From: Escherichia virus KFS-EC3
Strand: one strand, 5' to 3'
Sequence record: MZ065353.1
DNA: 64,000 nucleotides
The notes below the pieces were generated by a model. The model was not told the DNA's origin, did no database searches, and worked only from the letters and a program-made list of their open reading frames with translations. How positions within the stretch are numbered: the first letter of the stretch is position 1; each line of letters starts with the position of its first letter. The translations under genes were made by a program, and so were the position numbers. Positions 39,043 to 50,506 of this stretch are shown in pieces.

Positions 39043-39908
39043 TATTGAGCCACCCCGATTTTCTGCGTAGCGATAACTTTAACTGCTGCTCTCATACCGA
39101 CAGTTGCAGAACTTATAGTCGCCGTTACATAATTTTCTTTAATACTAAATGCAATATTAGCGATTTCGTCTTCTTCGGTTTCATTCCCAACCCGCATGAC
39201 AGCATATTCAGAAGAAATGACCTCTGAATTAACAGTATCCACAAGAATATTTATTTCTGCTGTTTTAATTTTTCTTCCATCTACTGATTGGCATGTAACT
39301 AGCAATTTAGCCATATTGTATTCAGTGCGATGAAATAGTGGAATATCAACTGATCCGGATGTAGAAATATTCCATGTACCTTCAGCTGGTGATTCCTTTT
39401 GTCCAAACATGCTTTCAATAGAATAATTCCAAACCGATGTAGAATTATCAGATGAAATACAGCGTAAAGTTACTTTACTATATGGGCTAGTCACTACTAA
39501 ATTACCCGAAACACCTTTAATTGAATCAATCGCTTGAATCGTTAAAGGATTAGTAACTGATATAGATCCATTTGAGTTAATAAATTCAACGCAGTCGCCA
39601 AGTTCGCCTCTTTCAATGATAACTTTAACACCTACAGTAGAGGTATCAATATCATGCCTAGTGCCAACTTTTACTGGAGTTGCGTACTCTGCAATAGAGT
39701 GTTTTTGATAATATCCAGTAGCATGGATAATTTGGCCATCTGCTCCAGTTCCATTTGCTACTGCCATTTTACGTTGATCGCCAAACGCATTATAAATTGC
39801 GTTAAAATCACTATTAATTTTATTACCACCGTCGAATAAGATATCACCAGTAGAAGCGTTACCAATTTCGCCGGTATCAATCAATTTCTTTGGTTCTTGA
39901 ATGAACAT
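39042..39908 (-). CDS. 9: gp9 baseplate wedge, long tail fibre socket
   Basis: 288 aa as in T4. Confidence 0.9.
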   Translation of the reverse strand: MFIQEPKKLIDTGEIGNASTGDILFDGGNKINSDFNAIYNAFGDQRKMAVANGTGADGQIIHATGYYQKHSIAEYATPVKVGTRHDIDTSTVGVKVIIERGELGDCVEFINSNGSISVTNPLTIQAIDSIKGVSGNLVVTSPYSKVTLRCISSDNSTSVWNYSIESMFGQKESPAEGTWNISTSGSVDIPLFHRTEYNMAKLLVTCQSVDGRKIKTAEINILVDTVNSEVISSEYAVMRVGNETEEDEIANIAFSIKENYVTATISSATVGMRAAVKVIATQKIGVAQ

Positions 39909-39932
39909 AGCGGTTTCCTTATGAGTTTATAG

Positions 39933-39940
39933 TATTTATA
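39933..39940 (-). promoter_or_regulatory. late promoter TATAAATA for gene 9
   Basis: tatttata on the plus strand, about 25 nt upstream of the gene 9 start. Confidence 0.55.
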
Positions 39941-39948
39941 AAGAAAAA

Positions 39949-39966
39949 GGGAGCCCATGGGCTCCC
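39949..39966 (-). terminator. terminator hairpin after gene 8 (GGGAGCC-CAUG-GGCUCCC followed by a U-run on the minus strand)
   Basis: 7-bp stem; the downstream minus-strand sequence is tttttcttt. Confidence 0.6.
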
Positions 39967-39971
39967 TTAAG

Positions 39972-40976
39972 TTAAAATGTAAACAGAATATTGATTTCTT
40001 CTGTTTGATCCATTGCCATGATAATAGGTGGCCTATTTTCCATATAAATCATTTCGCCCGAATGCCTCATTAAATCTTCCGGATCATAATAATCCTTTTC
40101 AGCTTTAACGTTTGGGTCATTTGGATGAGCTTTAGCTTCAAGAGGATTCGTGATTATTGATATTTGTCTAAATCCTTTATTTCCCGGCAATGCAGCCTCA
40201 GGAAAATAAACTGAATCTAAATATGCTTTAAAACGGATAGTATTTGCCTTAACACGGTAAATTAATCCAAAATCATCTTGTTGCCAAGTGAGATTATCTT
40301 CATACCCCCATCTAGCCGGGTCTTCTTTTAATTCCTCAGGCCAAGGAACCACGATATATTCATTCGTGCATCTATTTATAGATACATCAGGCGGAATCTC
40401 AAAAAGATATTCCCAAACATATCCGTCTCCAGGCTCGATTGTTCCTTCCGCATCTCCTCGACCTTCAGGAGGAGTCATTGACCTAGCGGAAGGAGTCCAT
40501 TTTCCACCTAACTTAAGGCATTCATCTTTATCAGTTAAAGACTCAATTGAGCACATTCCAGTATCAGGAACATCTAAACAGCGATATACTAACCAGCCTG
40601 CGCCTGATTCGGTAGCATTGTAAGGAGCTGAGTTACATACTACAATATCGTTAATTCTAAATGTGTATGGATCCGGATATCTAGTATCTCCCCAATCTCG
40701 ACGAGGAATAACTGCATCAAGCATAGATGGAAGAACCTTTACAGTTCCCATCATATGAGTCCACATGTCAGTTACACCTAATACAGAATCGGTGGGATAA
40801 GGTGGGGCAAATCCCACCTCATTTTCATTTGATGACCATGGTTCTGATCTTCCAAATGTGATAAAGATAGTGTTTTTATCCGGACCACTTCCAATTGAAT
40901 TATAAAAATTCAACATTTTTTCTGTTCTAAATTTTGAAGTAACTATCGCACGATAGATAACACTTGAATCATTCAT
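39972..40976 (-). CDS. 8: gp8 baseplate wedge subunit
   Basis: 334 aa as in T4. Confidence 0.9.
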   Translation of the reverse strand: MNDSSVIYRAIVTSKFRTEKMLNFYNSIGSGPDKNTIFITFGRSEPWSSNENEVGFAPPYPTDSVLGVTDMWTHMMGTVKVLPSMLDAVIPRRDWGDTRYPDPYTFRINDIVVCNSAPYNATESGAGWLVYRCLDVPDTGMCSIESLTDKDECLKLGGKWTPSARSMTPPEGRGDAEGTIEPGDGYVWEYLFEIPPDVSINRCTNEYIVVPWPEELKEDPARWGYEDNLTWQQDDFGLIYRVKANTIRFKAYLDSVYFPEAALPGNKGFRQISIITNPLEAKAHPNDPNVKAEKDYYDPEDLMRHSGEMIYMENRPPIIMAMDQTEEINILFTF

Positions 40977-43900
40977 CTATTTTAACCTGTGTTGGATTTT
41001 CAGGGTCTCTTGGATTTCCTATATTATCTTTTAGACGTTTATTAACTAAATCTCTAAATTGTGCAAATGTTGTTCCAGATGCATCGAATAAAGGACTCAT
41101 TAATTTACGTCGTTCAGATGGCAATTGACCTTGAAATATTGAATTATTATTTTCAGCATTATAGTCATCAGGAAGAGGATATTTTACACCAGCCATTGGG
41201 CCAGGTTCATAAATTGCTTCGCCTGTTACCGAATCATGCTCAATTTCACCGGTTGGAGTCAATTTAGCTACTCTATCAGCATATTCAGTAGGCAATCCAG
41301 AATCCCATTTATAGTTTTTGTATTTATTAATTATAGTCTCTGTATGTTTAAGAGTTAAACCAACATTAATAAACATTGTTAAAAGGGTAATTGCTATAAA
41401 TCCAAATCCTACTGGATGAACAAAACGAATAACGTCAGATTTCCAGCGGGAAGAAGGCAAATTGGATTTAATTTTCATTACATAATATGACCGACTTCTA
41501 TTAATATAGTCTATATTATTTTGAAGCAAATCCTTCCCTTTAACTCCACGAATAATTTCGCCTTCAAAACTAGGAAGTCTTTCTGCTTTAACTTCTTGAC
41601 CGGCAATTAATCTTCCCAAAAGATTATGAATAGTTACGGTCCATTGTAATTTACCGTTAGAATAGCTTCTTTCTATATAAGTAACATTACATCTTCCTGT
41701 GGCTGTATAAATCGTTTGTCCTACTAAATCTTCAGTCAAAGAATCGGATTGAACGATTATATCATATTCAGTACCAGCTCCAGATTCAATTTCAATTTCA
41801 ACCTCTTCATTATAAAGAACTTTAAAAAGAAATTTGTATGATGCTTCAATTCCTTTAGTAGAATAAAAATCATAGCTACGTGATTCGAAAAATCTTGCAA
41901 CAGCATCACGTTTGTCAGCATTTAAATAAATGTTTCTTTTATATATCTCTGACCACAAATATTCCCATGCATGCTCTTCTCGTGGATATTTGTTACGAAT
42001 TAAATTTCGTAAATTGTTATACTGAGTTCCATATCCATCAGAAAGATACTGAATATATGCTTCGCAAAATGCCTCAAAATTCGAATCCTGCAACAAATAA
42101 GAATCAGGCATCATTGTGCCAATCAATGGTCTTAAATCAGGGTCAGCTAATCCACGCTCTTCTTCAGGCGACCAGGGGGTTTCATGTTCTTGGTTTTGTA
42201 AAAATGCTTTTAAAAATACTTCAGTTGGCTTCCAAATAATTTCGACAGTGTCTCTAACACGATAGTTAAAATCATAGTAAGAAATTATTTCACCAGAGGC
42301 TTTATAGAAAAGCATCCCAGATGCATATTTTTTAAATCCAGTGAATTTAACATTTGGCATTACTATAGTGCAATCGCCATCATCCCAGTATTCATGAACT
42401 AATCTATCTGGTGATGTTTCCGGAATATTTTCTATAACTTTAGTGTATTTTAAATCAGCATAAACTACTACAACCCTATCGGAGTTGTTTATCCAACAAC
42501 GTGTGTTAGATTTTTTAGACCAGTTAAAGAACGGTTCTGCGTAGTATTTCATCGGCTGAGGAGTAAAAGTTTCCCAATCAGACTTTTCATCTGCTATAAA
42601 TGCCATCATATGATAATGCTTATCAGCTAACCATTCGCGAGGAAATTCATATTTAACAGCACCGATTAACTGATATTTTGCTGCAGTTTCAGGGTCATTA
42701 ACAACATTATCACTTAAAAATTTAAAATTACTCGATGATAGAGAAACTAATTTACCATCAGTTGACATATTCGCGTACCCTGGTTGAATACGTCTTCTTT
42801 CTTCTTCAGTGTTGCCAAAAACTCTTTTCCACGTTTTTGTGTCGTGATTTAAAACATATATTCCTTTATCAGCAGAATCAATTATTTTTGATGTTCTAGG
42901 ATTAGCATTTAATGTTTCAACTTCACCAATAATAAGAGCAAAAACTTTATCACCGATAGAATCCATTTTATAGCATACTGCTTTAGGATTTCCGGTTATA
43001 GTCATTGTATCAGGTTCAAAAAGCCTTTCCGAATATGTTGGAGATAATGGATCAGAATCTATAGGTGCATTGCTCGTTTTTATGTATCTAACTTTGTCTC
43101 TGGCGACAACGTAAATGTAATCATCGGTACAAGTAATAGCTTCTGCAATGCGATATACATTCGCTGGTAAAGTCGCGTAAGTGGCAAAAATTTCTACATC
43201 AAATCCTAAATGTAATTGGTCGCCAAGTTTAGCAAATGTTATATCCTGAGAACTAAATCTGACATCATCAGCTGACCATCTAACATCAGTCGATTTGCGG
43301 CCATAGAAAATCTTGTCGTATCCTAGAACGTATGTTGTGTTCGCAGATTGGTAATATACTGTCTTAGATAAAGGATATCCTACGCGGTCATTGAAGAGCT
43401 TTACAGCTTTCCAAGTTTGTCCTTTATCATTGGATACTTTAACTACAGGTTGATAACGCTCAAAAAGGTATAAAATCCCTTCTGATTCCATCAAATAAAC
43501 TCGGTTAATATCCTTACATACTTGCTGAATAGAACCTTGTATTTCATGATACTCATTTTCACCAATAATAAAATTGCTTATTGATGAAACATCAACATAT
43601 GATGGACTGAATTGAAAAGATTCATTCATCAATGCAGCCATTATAGTGTCATTATTAAAATTAACATAATCAGAATTATTAAGAGTAAATTTTTCCTGAA
43701 TGAATTTATTGGCTAATTGCATTTCAATCATGTTTTGAAATGTATAAGCATTTGTAGCAAAAGTTTCAAATTCTTCGGTATAAATCCAATCAGACTGCTC
43801 AAAATCTTGTGCAGCTGTAGCTACTCTAATAACGTATGATGTCAATGGGTCAGCATCATCAAAAAAGAAGCTGTTATTTGCAGTATATCCTAAGTTAATC

Positions 43901-44067
43901 CATCTGTATTGATTACTCGGAAGATTTTCCCCCGAGTTTGTTTTTGTCTCAGCGATTTCTACAAAATAGTAGAAATTAGCACCAACGTCATCCCAGCGTA
44001 CTTGCACCTGATTTGCGGATAACTTGGAAATTCTGAGACTAGTGACTGAAGGTGCTTTTACTGTCAT
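40969..44067 (-). CDS. 7: gp7 baseplate wedge initiator
   Basis: 1032 aa as in T4. Confidence 0.95.
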   Translation of the reverse strand: MTVKAPSVTSLRISKLSANQVQVRWDDVGANFYYFVEIAETKTNSGENLPSNQYRWINLGYTANNSFFFDDADPLTSYVIRVATAAQDFEQSDWIYTEEFETFATNAYTFQNMIEMQLANKFIQEKFTLNNSDYVNFNNDTIMAALMNESFQFSPSYVDVSSISNFIIGENEYHEIQGSIQQVCKDINRVYLMESEGILYLFERYQPVVKVSNDKGQTWKAVKLFNDRVGYPLSKTVYYQSANTTYVLGYDKIFYGRKSTDVRWSADDVRFSSQDITFAKLGDQLHLGFDVEIFATYATLPANVYRIAEAITCTDDYIYVVARDKVRYIKTSNAPIDSDPLSPTYSERLFEPDTMTITGNPKAVCYKMDSIGDKVFALIIGEVETLNANPRTSKIIDSADKGIYVLNHDTKTWKRVFGNTEEERRRIQPGYANMSTDGKLVSLSSSNFKFLSDNVVNDPETAAKYQLIGAVKYEFPREWLADKHYHMMAFIADEKSDWETFTPQPMKYYAEPFFNWSKKSNTRCWINNSDRVVVVYADLKYTKVIENIPETSPDRLVHEYWDDGDCTIVMPNVKFTGFKKYASGMLFYKASGEIISYYDFNYRVRDTVEIIWKPTEVFLKAFLQNQEHETPWSPEEERGLADPDLRPLIGTMMPDSYLLQDSNFEAFCEAYIQYLSDGYGTQYNNLRNLIRNKYPREEHAWEYLWSEIYKRNIYLNADKRDAVARFFESRSYDFYSTKGIEASYKFLFKVLYNEEVEIEIESGAGTEYDIIVQSDSLTEDLVGQTIYTATGRCNVTYIERSYSNGKLQWTVTIHNLLGRLIAGQEVKAERLPSFEGEIIRGVKGKDLLQNNIDYINRSRSYYVMKIKSNLPSSRWKSDVIRFVHPVGFGFIAITLLTMFINVGLTLKHTETIINKYKNYKWDSGLPTEYADRVAKLTPTGEIEHDSVTGEAIYEPGPMAGVKYPLPDDYNAENNNSIFQGQLPSERRKLMSPLFDASGTTFAQFRDLVNKRLKDNIGNPRDPENPTQVKIDE

Positions 44068-46046
44068 TGTGATATAGGCTCCAAATCGATAGTTAAGTAT
44101 TGTGGACGTAAGTCATTTTCAAATACAATCAGTGAACCGTCGCGAGTAAAAATAACATCATCGGTTGGGTCAGAATATAATTCGATGGTCTGAACTTCAA
44201 ATTTTTCAGATGTTAAATTAATTTTAGCGATATTCCAATAAATCACATCAGCTGGATAATTTATTTCACCGATAACATAGTATTTGTCGCGTCCATCAGA
44301 ATTTGCTAATTTGTTAAAATCGTTGCCTGTATATGGCTGAATGTTTTCATTTTCTGTAACATCGCCAGAAGCAAATGGACCAATAATAACTTTACCAATT
44401 CCTTTAGAATCTCGGTCTGTTGATACTATGCGAACGTCATATAATACATCTTCTTCTAAACCAGTATCAGGATTTACAACCTTTCGTCCAGAATTAAATG
44501 AAAACGTATTAGATTCCATAGAACGATCTTTTATTTGATTATTGTATTTAATACCTGCTTCAGGCGTTTTATAGAAGTTTTGTACTTCACGAACAATTTG
44601 AATTGTCGCTGATGAACCAATGATAGAATGATCTGCATCATCTACATATGTCAACATCTTAGATTTAGCGAAAGATGAGTTAAAAATTTCTACATCTTCG
44701 GTATAATAACGATCAATTTTATCAATTATTTGACCTTCGAGCCACTGTTCGGATTCTTGCAGCTTATTTAAAGCATATGTGACTTTTAAATTAGTCTTAA
44801 TAAAAAGATAATTAGGAGAAATAATTGATGGCGTAATAGGAGCTAAATTATAGTCTTTGAGATAATTTTTAATATCTTCGCGCTGTACGGTAGTTAAATA
44901 CAGACCTGATTTAGGTTTAGCAGCAATAAATGCATAACCAGGTTTAGTAGAATCAGTGAACGTCTGAACTGCTTGAATAATAGAACCAAATCTCTCTGAA
45001 ACGAATGTATCATAGTCAGTCGCAGTTACGCAGCGTTGCTGGGTTTCGCGTTTAATAGTACCCAATTCGCGAATACGTTCAATATCTTCTGGATCGCCGC
45101 CGCCATCTGCCCCAACAAAATCTGGGTCATCGTTTGGATTTTCATTAATGTTGATGACAGTTATATTTGTTAATGTATCTGCATATGAAAATCCGACTGC
45201 ACCATTCGCATCTGCACCGTTAGTACTGATGTACTCAATAACAATCGTAGAGTTCTGGGTAGGCTTAAGACCTCCAATATAATTAGCAGTCAATGCTCCT
45301 TCTGCCGCATTAACAGAAATCTCGCCTTCACCAAAATAAAACTCAGTATTTCCATCAATAGTTTCACGCATGTAGTAAATTGTCGATGTAGAACCAGCAT
45401 GAACCATTGACTTTCTTGTCCAGTTAATCCATTCTGCTCCATCAACATATAGTTTAACTTGGTTTCTATCTATATTTTTGTCATAAATGATAATAGGTGT
45501 TAATTTATCATAAATGATTTCAGTTCTTACTATACGTCCCTGGGCCAATTTTAAACGTGGAAAATATTGGTTATTTTTATCGCGAATAGCAATAACATCT
45601 TCGGTAGATACAAAGTTGTAAGGATTAACGGAAGTATCCTTTGCATATGCTAAAAAGCGAGTACCACGAGGAATAGTAATGTAATTTCTATTCAATGCGT
45701 CTGTACAAGTTAGCATAATTTCAGTTTGAGCAGCTGATTTTGAAGTAGGTAAATATCCATTATCTTGTGCAGCTTGAACTACTGAACTACGCAAATTAGC
45801 AGTACGCATAAAGCTTTCATACAAGGCAGCATTACCAAACTGCTGAATGTATAATGTATTATAAGCCAAAAGGTCGCACAGAACGTTTAATCTTGAGCCT
45901 TCAAAATCATAATCCAAAAATTCATTTTGGCCATTAAGCCATTCAATGAGGTTTTGTTTTATTTCAGCAAATGTACCCCCGACGAATATCTCGGGAATAG
46001 CATTTGCTGTTCTTGTTAATTGATAATTTACAGGGGTATTTGCCAT
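44064..46046 (-). CDS. 6: gp6 baseplate wedge subunit
   Basis: 660 aa as in T4. Confidence 0.95.
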   Translation of the reverse strand: MANTPVNYQLTRTANAIPEIFVGGTFAEIKQNLIEWLNGQNEFLDYDFEGSRLNVLCDLLAYNTLYIQQFGNAALYESFMRTANLRSSVVQAAQDNGYLPTSKSAAQTEIMLTCTDALNRNYITIPRGTRFLAYAKDTSVNPYNFVSTEDVIAIRDKNNQYFPRLKLAQGRIVRTEIIYDKLTPIIIYDKNIDRNQVKLYVDGAEWINWTRKSMVHAGSTSTIYYMRETIDGNTEFYFGEGEISVNAAEGALTANYIGGLKPTQNSTIVIEYISTNGADANGAVGFSYADTLTNITVININENPNDDPDFVGADGGGDPEDIERIRELGTIKRETQQRCVTATDYDTFVSERFGSIIQAVQTFTDSTKPGYAFIAAKPKSGLYLTTVQREDIKNYLKDYNLAPITPSIISPNYLFIKTNLKVTYALNKLQESEQWLEGQIIDKIDRYYTEDVEIFNSSFAKSKMLTYVDDADHSIIGSSATIQIVREVQNFYKTPEAGIKYNNQIKDRSMESNTFSFNSGRKVVNPDTGLEEDVLYDVRIVSTDRDSKGIGKVIIGPFASGDVTENENIQPYTGNDFNKLANSDGRDKYYVIGEINYPADVIYWNIAKINLTSEKFEVQTIELYSDPTDDVIFTRDGSLIVFENDLRPQYLTIDLEPISQ

Positions 46047-46054
46047 TTTAAATC

Positions 46055-46348
46055 CTATTTAATGAATACTTTAGATGATGCCTGAGCCACTGTATCACCG
46101 CATGATATTGGATCAGCCATTTGAACAGCTTTCTTTCCAGTGACATATACCTTAGAAGTTCTAGGTTGTGTCACTCCGCCATGTGTTTCATATGGCTTTT
46201 TAATTTCTGTATGTTCTGTAATTGGATCACCTGCTACGAGAACAGCAATTCCTCCAGTGAATACTTTACTTTGCGTAGCATTCACAACTGTTGGAGGCCA
46301 TGCTTCATGGCCGGCAGTAACACACTTATCATAACTTAATCCTGACAT
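46055..46348 (-). CDS. 5.4: gp5.4 PAAR-repeat spike tip protein
   Basis: 97 aa; small protein directly upstream of gene 6, with the length and position of T4 gp5.4. Confidence 0.85.
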
Positions 46349-46906
46349 TTATGGCCTCTCATACACGTAGCTTCTCAATTTATTAGCCCAACGGCTCCAA
46401 TTTCCAACTATAGTTTTTGTATAATTTTTAACAAGAGTTTTTCTTATTGGAGCTGGAGGATCAGTTGGTTCAGTAGTATCAGAAGATGACCTAGAATTAC
46501 TGCCAGAACCTCCAGATTCACCTTGTTCTTGGTAGTCATATATTAATGTTACTTCGTAAGTGAATGTCTTCTGGAGGTTTTGAGGAGCTTTCCATAAATA
46601 TAACTGAGTATTAGAATCAGTTGGAAGGTCTTCCCATGAAGCAGCAGTTTTAAATTCATTATCTAAACGATATTTCAACGCATCATTTCCAAATCCAAAT
46701 ACAGATTCATACGTTCCATATAAACGATTTTCTTCTACTAAAACCCCAGGAGTTTCTTCGTAACTAGTTATATTTATAGATACTAACGTTTCACCTGTTT
46801 CTAATTGAGCGGTAAAGGTGACGTCGATAGAAGAACCTTCCATGGATTCTCCTAAATCAGCGCTCATTGGAAGTATATTAGCCAATGTCAATCCTCGATC
46901 CATCAA
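46349..46906 (-). CDS. 5.1: gp5.1-like conserved hypothetical protein (the true start may be an internal Met, e.g. 46843)
   Basis: ORF between gene 5 and 5.4; the annotated 5' end overlaps the gene 5 stop by 29 nt. Confidence 0.55.
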
Positions 46907-48605
46907 TTGTGTATTGACCAGATGAAATAGAACTCATAGATGCCATTTTTTCTGTCCAATCACCACCAACGTCCCAATCAACTGTCCCAGCAACTTTCCA
47001 AGAAAGATTTCCATTTACTGTATTAGTCTGATTTCCTTCAACTAAAGTGGTAGCATCTCCTTTAACTGTAATGTCAGCATTACCTTCAACTACAATAGTA
47101 ACATTACCTTTGACTAGGATAGTTCCATTACCTTCAACCGTCTTAGTTTCATCGCCACGCACAAATATTGTATTGCTTCCATCTATTTGGTGGAGACGAT
47201 TATCCATGTTGTAATAAATTTCTGACCCACCGACGTTAGTCTTTTTATCGCCAGCTACCAAAAAATTACCATCAGCATTTGTTATATCATACAAATTATC
47301 AACAGTTTTTCTTGTTCTTCTTCCTGACGGTGATACTTCCTCATATGTTCCAGTCGGATGAACTAATCTGTATCGTTCTTGCCCAGGGGTATCATCAAAT
47401 TCCTGAATATGACCGCTTTCAGTTTCCATTGTGTGAACATACGGATATTCGCCTTTATATGAAGAAACAGGTTCTTTAAATAAAATTCTCGAATCATTCG
47501 GAATAGGAGGGTCAGCTGGATCAGAAGACTTTGCTACAGCAGCAGCCATTGCTGACAAAGACCTAGCCGGTGTTTTCACTTCAATACCGTATGATTCCAA
47601 ATTACCCGTAAGAATAATCATGGTAACACGGGATGCACGGCCTTTTGTTTGTTGATACCACAATGAATCACGACCAGCTTTATATGCTTTTTCCCAATCT
47701 CCGGCTAACATAGCAGTTAACATTGTGTTAAATTTAGCTACACCGCCAACACCCATCTGAAATGCCATATTTTCTAATGCCATTTGACGAGAACGATTAA
47801 CTGCCTGCCAAACTGGGCCAACTTTAGAATGTGATTTAATGTCACGTTGCATATCAGCCAAATCACGTTCAAATAAAGTTACCGCTTCTTCCATTGTAAT
47901 AGAACCTGGATTTCCGGTAATTTCACGACCAACTTGTTTTGATAAAACTTTATTAATTTGAGTCATATCACGAACTGGCTGCTTCATGATAAGATGACCA
48001 ATACCAATTGTCGGATATCCTTCAGTATCCCAATAAACTTTTAGTCTTAATCCTTCATCACGGCGAAGCATTTCAGCCATTGACATATTTGGATTATCAT
48101 CAGTTGGAATTTCTGACAGCGGTCTATCATCAGGATTTATCGCAGTGTCTAGATTACTGTCTTGGATAATATTAGAAGACGAATCATATCCTACTTCTCC
48201 GCCTTGGTTTAATACGTTAGTATCATTTCCTAGACGTCTAGGATACTGTCCAGTCGGGTCAGAAAATCCTTCAAGTCTATTAGGCTTTTCGCGAACTATT
48301 CCACCATACGTGCCAAGGACAATTCCGTTAGTTTTCCATTTGTCTAAAAAATGACCATAAACTCTAGTTCCTTCTACTGGACCAGTAACGGAGCCTCCAA
48401 TTCCAGACATTGCTGCAGAAGTTATAGGTTGAATAACTGACATCCATGGTAATTTATCAGTTGGAATACCCATTACGTCGCCTTGTGCTCTTTGAGGTGG
48501 ATGCAGACCAACTACACGAACACGAACACGACCTAATTTTAATGGGTCCATTCTATCTTCAACAACACCAACAAACCAATTAAGGTTATTACTTATCATT
48601 TCCAT
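46878..48605 (-). CDS. 5: gp5 baseplate hub + tail lysozyme (cell-puncturing device)
   Basis: 575 aa as in T4 gp5; the central region carries a T4-lysozyme-like domain (compare gene e: DTEGYPTIGIGHL). Confidence 0.95.
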   Translation of the reverse strand: MEMISNNLNWFVGVVEDRMDPLKLGRVRVRVVGLHPPQRAQGDVMGIPTDKLPWMSVIQPITSAAMSGIGGSVTGPVEGTRVYGHFLDKWKTNGIVLGTYGGIVREKPNRLEGFSDPTGQYPRRLGNDTNVLNQGGEVGYDSSSNIIQDSNLDTAINPDDRPLSEIPTDDNPNMSMAEMLRRDEGLRLKVYWDTEGYPTIGIGHLIMKQPVRDMTQINKVLSKQVGREITGNPGSITMEEAVTLFERDLADMQRDIKSHSKVGPVWQAVNRSRQMALENMAFQMGVGGVAKFNTMLTAMLAGDWEKAYKAGRDSLWYQQTKGRASRVTMIILTGNLESYGIEVKTPARSLSAMAAAVAKSSDPADPPIPNDSRILFKEPVSSYKGEYPYVHTMETESGHIQEFDDTPGQERYRLVHPTGTYEEVSPSGRRTRKTVDNLYDITNADGNFLVAGDKKTNVGGSEIYYNMDNRLHQIDGSNTIFVRGDETKTVEGNGTILVKGNVTIVVEGNADITVKGDATTLVEGNQTNTVNGNLSWKVAGTVDWDVGGDWTEKMASMSSISSGQYTIDGSRIDIG

Positions 48606-49179
48606 AAGATTTCTCCATTATACGTATAAGGTCGTTCATAAATGAATTGATGTCTGATTTTGCTATTATTTTTATTTGACGAAGTTTTTCATTTTCAAGA
48701 ACAGCAGCTTCATACGTATCGACCGCAGCAAGTGCTCCTTCATATTGAGGATATTTTCTAGCTTTATCGCCTTTGTCATACCAAACATATGGATTATCAT
48801 CGTATGATATTAAATTATAAAATTTTTCACCGTTCTCATTCACATGATATACTATTTGGTCTCCACCTACATTTTTGTATTTTTGTATAGATGCTTGATA
48901 AGCAGCTTCTTGCGAAGTAATCCATCCATAATACGGATCATAATTATCATTACACATCAATAAAACCCAATACAACTGCGGATTTCCATATATAGCATTT
49001 GCTAATTCTTCCGGGCGTGGTGAACCTTTGATATAGTAAGTGCGTAAGCGATATCCCGCAAGAGCGCGTTTGAAATAGTCTTTATAGTTTCTAAAAATAT
49101 CTGTCATAGGAATAGTCGGCGCGTTTTTATTCACCGTTTTGGCCGCATATTCAATCGGATCAAAAAATGTAAAGAGCAT
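48589..49179 (-). CDS. 53: gp53 baseplate wedge subunit
   Basis: 196 aa as in T4. Confidence 0.9.
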   Translation of the reverse strand: MLFTFFDPIEYAAKTVNKNAPTIPMTDIFRNYKDYFKRALAGYRLRTYYIKGSPRPEELANAIYGNPQLYWVLLMCNDNYDPYYGWITSQEAAYQASIQKYKNVGGDQIVYHVNENGEKFYNLISYDDNPYVWYDKGDKARKYPQYEGALAAVDTYEAAVLENEKLRQIKIIAKSDINSFMNDLIRIMEKSYGNDK

Positions 49180-49192
49180 GGGCCCTCCTGTT

Positions 49193-49215
49193 TATAAATA
49201 TATTATCTATTTATA
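49193..49215. promoter_or_regulatory. divergent late promoters (TATAAATA on both strands) for genes 4 and 53
   Basis: tataaata at 49193-49200 (plus strand, toward gene 4) and tatttata at 49208-49215 (minus strand, toward gene 53). Confidence 0.6.
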
Positions 49216-49226
49216 AGGAGAATCCA

Positions 49227-49679
49227 ATGGCATATTCTGGAAAATGGGTTCCTAAAAATATATCAAAATATAGAGGTGACCCTAAAAAAATTACGTATAG
49301 ATCAAATTGGGAAAAATTCTTTTTTGAATGGTTAGATAAAAATCCAGAAATTATTGCATGGGGTAGTGAAACAGCAGTAATTCCTTATTTTTGTAATGCA
49401 GAAGGGAAAAAACGTAGATACTTCATGGATATTTGGATGAAAGATTCTTCTGGTCAAGAATTTTTTATTGAAATAAAACCTAAAAAAGAAACACAACCAC
49501 CAGTTAAACCAGCACATCTAACAACTGCAGCGAAGAAAAGATTTATGAATGAAATTTATACATATTCCGTTAATACTGATAAATGGAAAGCAGCGCAAGC
49601 TTTAGCTGAAAAGCGCGGAATAAAATTTAGAATTCTAACAGAAGATGGATTACGAGCTCTTGGCTTTAAGGGGGCATAA
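49227..49679 (+). CDS. 4: gp4 head completion protein
   Basis: 150 aa as in T4. Confidence 0.85.
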   Translation: MAYSGKWVPKNISKYRGDPKKITYRSNWEKFFFEWLDKNPEIIAWGSETAVIPYFCNAEGKKRRYFMDIWMKDSSGQEFFIEIKPKKETQPPVKPAHLTTAAKKRFMNEIYTYSVNTDKWKAAQALAEKRGIKFRILTEDGLRALGFKGA

Positions 49680-50506
49680 TGGCTATTTTTCAAATAATTA
49701 ATGAAAGCACTCCCCAAGTTCCAAAGGTTAAGCAATCATTAAACGAAAAGAAATGGATTCAGATAGGTCTTGAATACAAAAAGGCCAAAGCAAAAGGAAT
49801 GACAGGAAAGCAATTTGCTGAAGAAAGAGGAATCAAATACTCTACGTTTACTTCAGCAATGTCAAAATATGCTTCAGGAATTAAAACAGCTGAAAAGATT
49901 CAAAAGCTTGAATCAAAACCAATGAATAAACTCAATAAGCAAGAAAGACAACTGCTTATGATAAATTCATTCAGGCAAACGTTGCGTGATAAAATTCGTA
50001 ATGAAGGTGCAGCAATTAATAATAAAACCAGAAAGTGGTTTGCTGAAACTATTAAGCAGGTAAAAGGACATAAAGTTGTTCGCCCGCAGCCGGGACGAAT
50101 ATATGCTTTTGCTTATGATGCTAAACACAAGGAAACTCTTCCTTATTGGGATAAATTTCCTTTGATAATTTACCTCGGTTTAGGTAAACACAATTTAATG
50201 TACGGATTGAACTTGCACTATATTCCACCTAAAGCTCGTCAGCAATTTCTAGAAGAGCTTTTAAAGCAATATTCAAATACACCTACTATTACTAATAAAA
50301 CGAAATTAAAAATTGATTGGAGTCAAGTGAAAGGATTTAGGGGTGCAGACCAAATGATTAAGGCATATATACCTGGTAATATTATGGGTAGCCCTGTTGA
50401 AATCGCCCCGAAAGACTGGGCGAACGTTGTGTTAATGCCACTCCAAAGCTTCTACTCCAAAGGAAAACGTTTCTCTGCAAACAAAGTTTGGAGCAATGTA
50501 CGATGA
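49679..50506 (+). CDS. 2: gp2 DNA end protector protein
   Basis: 275 aa (T4: 274). Confidence 0.85.
   Translation: MAIFQIINESTPQVPKVKQSLNEKKWIQIGLEYKKAKAKGMTGKQFAEERGIKYSTFTSAMSKYASGIKTAEKIQKLESKPMNKLNKQERQLLMINSFRQTLRDKIRNEGAAINNKTRKWFAETIKQVKGHKVVRPQPGRIYAFAYDAKHKETLPYWDKFPLIIYLGLGKHNLMYGLNLHYIPPKARQQFLEELLKQYSNTPTITNKTKLKIDWSQVKGFRGADQMIKAYIPGNIMGSPVEIAPKDWANVVLMPLQSFYSKGKRFSANKVWSNVR

Noticed and set aside
50488-50502. Track start positions at 50488, 60711 and 12647
   Set aside because: These are TTG codons; downstream ATGs (50503, 60726, 12635) have ribosome-binding sites, give lengths matching paralogs or T4 homologs, and form ATGA overlaps, so the ATG starts were preferred.
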